Of a stretch of 64,000 bases of DNA, positions 61,320-64,000 are shown piece after piece (within the stretch, counting starts at the first letter, position 1; each line of letters starts with the position of its first letter). The translations under genes were made by a program, and so were the position numbers. Below the pieces are notes generated by a model. It was not told the DNA's origin. It was given only the letters and a program-made list of their open reading frames with translations, and did no database searches. The DNA is taken from the NCBI RefSeq assembly GCF_009914755.1, contig NC_060930.1. One strand, 5' to 3'. The stretch comes from the human T2T-CHM13v2.0 reference genome, Homo sapiens.

Positions 61320-64000
61320 GGCGGAGGTTCCAAGATGGCCAAATAGGAACAGCTCCAGTCCGCACCTCTCAGCGTGAGCAATACAGAAGATGGGTAATTT
61401 CTGCATTTCCAACTGAGGTACCGGGTTCGTCTCACTGGGGCTTGTCAGATAGTGAGTGCAGCCTATGGAGCAAGGTGGGGTATCACCTCACCCGGGAAAT
61501 GCAAGAGGTCAGGGAATTCCCTTTCCCAGCAAAGGGAAGCCATGACAGATGGTACCTGGAAAATTGGGACACTCCCACCCTAATACTGTGCTTCTCCAAT
61601 GGTCTTAGCAAATGGCACACCAGGAGATTATATCCCACACCTGGATTGGAGGGTCCCACGCCCACAGAGCCTTGCTCACTGCTAGCACAGCAGTCTGAGA
61701 TTGAACTGCAAGGTGGCAGCGAGGCTGGGGGAGGGGCGTCCACCATTGCTGAGGCTTGAGTAGGTAAACAAAGCAGCTGGGAAGCTCAAACTGGGTGGAA
61801 ACCACTGCAGCTCAAGGAGGCCTGCCTGCCTCTGTAGACTCCACTTCTGGGGGCAGGGCATAGCTGAACAAAAGGCAGCAGAAACTTCTGCAGACTTAAA
61901 CGTCCCTGTCTGACAGCTTTGAAGAGAGTAGTGGTTCTCACAGCATGGAGTTTGAGATCTGAGAATGGACAGACTGCCTCCTCAAGTGGGTCACTGACCC
62001 CTGAGTAGCCTAACTGGGAGACACCTCCCAGTAGGGGATGACTGACACCTCATAGAGCTAGGTGCCCCTCTGAGACAAAGCTTCCAGAGGAAGGATCAGG
62101 CAGCAACGTCTGCCATTCTGCAATATTTGCTGTTCTGCAGCCTCTGCTGGTGATACCCAGGAAAACAGGGTCTGGAGTCGACCTCCAGGAAACTCCAACA
62201 GACCTGCAGCTGAGGGTCCTGACTGTTAGAAGGAAAACTAACAAACAGAAAGGACATCCACACCAAATCCCCATCTGTACGTCACCATCATCAAAGACCA
62301 AAGGTAGATAAAACCACAAAGATGGGGAGAAACCAGAGCAGAAAAGTTGAAAATTCTAAAAATCGGAGTGTCTCTTCTCCTCCAAAGGAAAACAGCTCTT
62401 CACCAGCAACTGAACAAAGCTGGACGGAGATGACTTTGACAAGTTGAGAGAAGAAGGCTTCAGACGATTGCTATTTACAGACTCCTCCCAGCTAAAGGAG
62501 GACATTCGAACCTATCGCAAAAAAGTTAAAAACCTTGATAAAAGATTAGACGAATGGCTAAGTAGAATAAACAGTGTAAAGAAGACCTTAAATGACCTGA
62601 TGGAGCTGAAAACCATGGCACGAGAACTACATGATGCATGCACAAGCCTCAGTAGCCAATTTGATCAAGTGGAAGAAAGGGTATCAGTGATTGAAGATCA
62701 AATGAATGAAATGAAGCAAGAAGAGAAGTTTAGAGAAAAAAGAGTAAAAAGAAACAAAGCCTCCAAGAAATATGGGACTATGTGAAAAGACCAAATCTAT
62801 GTCTGATTGGTGTACCTGAAAGTGACAGGGAGAATGGAACCAAGTTGGAAAACACTCTTCAGGATATTATCCAGGAGAACTTCCCCAACCTAGCAAGGCA
62901 GGCCAACATTCAAATTCAGGAAATACAGAGAACTCCACAAAGATACTCCTTGAGAAGAGCAACTCCAAGACACATAATTGTCAGATTCACCAAAGTCGAA
63001 ATGAAGGGAAAAATGTTAAGGGCAGCCAGAGAGAAAGGTCAGGTTACCCACAAAGGGAAGCCCATCAGAGTAACAGCGGATTTCTTGGCAGAAACTCTTA
63101 AAGCCAGGAGAGAGTGGAGGCCAGTATTCAACATTCTTAAAGAAAAGGATTTTCAACCCAGAATTTCATATCCAGCCAAACTAAGCTTCATAAGTGAAGG
63201 AGAAATAAAATCCTTTACAGACAAACAAATGCTGAGAGATTTTGTCACCACCAGGCCTGCCTTACAAGAGCTCCTGAAGGAAGCACTAAACATGGAAAGG
63301 GAAAACCAGTACCAGCCATTGCAAAAACATGCCAAATTGTAAAGACCATTGATGCTAAGAAGAAACTGCATTAACTAATGGGCAAAATAACCAGCTAAAA
63401 TCATAATGACAGGATCAAATTCACACATAACAATATTAACCTTAAATGTAAATGGGCTAAATGCCCCAATTAAAAGACACAGACTGGCAAATTGGATAAA
63501 GAGTCAAGACCCATCAGTGTGCTGTACTCAGGAGACCCATCTCATGTGCAGAGACACACATAAGCTCAAAATAAAGGGATGAAGGAAGATCTACCAAGCA
63601 AATGGAAAACAAAAAAAAGCAGGAGTTGCAATCCTAGTCTCTGATAAAACAGACTTTAAACCAACAAAGATCAAAAGAGACAAAGAAGGCCATTACATAA
63701 GTAAAGGGATCAATTCAACAAAAAGAGCTAACTATCCTAAATATATATATGCACCCAATACAGGAGTACCCAGATTCATAAAGCAAGTCCTTAGAGACCT
63801 ACAAAGAGACGTAGACTCCCACATAATAATAATGGGAGATTTTAACACCCCATGTCAACATTAGACAGATCAAAGAGACAGAAAGTTAACAAGGATATCC
63901 AGGTATTGAACTCAGCTCTGCACTAAGCAGACATAATAGGCATCTACAGAACTCTCCACCCCAAATCAACAGAATATACATTCTTCTCAGCACCACATCA
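61320..64000 (+). mobile_element. L1PA (about PA4-6) with complete 5'UTR; runs off the window; ORF1/ORF2 disabled
   Basis: 5' end ggttccaagatggccaaatagg (YY1 core); about 1-kb 5'UTR; ORF1 62322-63342 broken by frameshifts; ORF2 ATG 63406 with TGA at codon 59 (63580). Confidence 0.96.
61483..61746 (-). CDS. L1 ORF0 (antisense ORF of the 5'UTR), open, 87 aa
   Basis: MVDAPPPASLPPCSSISDCCASSEQGSVGVGPSNPGVGYNL... is colinear with primate L1 ORF0; Kozak gcaATGg; donors CAG|GTGTGG, CAG|GTACCA and CGG|GTGAGG retained; expression not shown. Confidence 0.6.
   Translation of the reverse strand: MVDAPPPASLPPCSSISDCCASSEQGSVGVGPSNPGVGYNLLVCHLLRPLEKHSIRVGVSQFSRYHLSWLPFAGKGNSLTSCISRVR

Noticed and set aside
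61320-64000. Potentially active full-length L1
   Set aside because: ORF1 is frameshifted and ORF2 has a stop at codon 59; older subfamily

Overview
Human intronic DNA (a human-specific AluYb8-type element is present) from the 3' part of EYS (eyes shut homolog, RP25), transcribed on the minus strand. Four coding exons with canonical GT-AG boundaries and compatible phases splice into one continuous frame: 38411-38593 (183 nt), 21275-21441 (167 nt), 20322-20466 (145 nt, missed by the ORF track) and 10222-10396 (175 nt). They encode a laminin-G domain and the start of an EGF-like repeat. From memory these are exons 37-40 of the 43-exon isoform. The rest is AT-rich intron packed with repeats: 12 Alus, several L1s (including a nested L1PB/AluYb8/L1PA cluster at 56.7-64 kb), MaLR/ERVL LTRs, hAT relics, L2 and MIR. 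Almost all other ORF-track entries are repeat-derived or spurious. Best lead: the L1PA at 61320 has dead ORF1/ORF2 but an intact antisense ORF0 pointing the same way as EYS. Its first splice donor is phase 1 and would join in frame to the next EYS exon (38593), predicting an L1-antisense-promoter-driven ORF0-EYS C-terminal fusion. Other oddities: an AluJ carrying a 196-bp foreign insert, three short L1 tips each inside a MER5-like relic, a motif recurring on a 60-bp register, a CpG-retaining hairpin patch and templated-insertion repair scars. Repeat subfamily calls are by eye and need RepeatMasker/Dfam confirmation.
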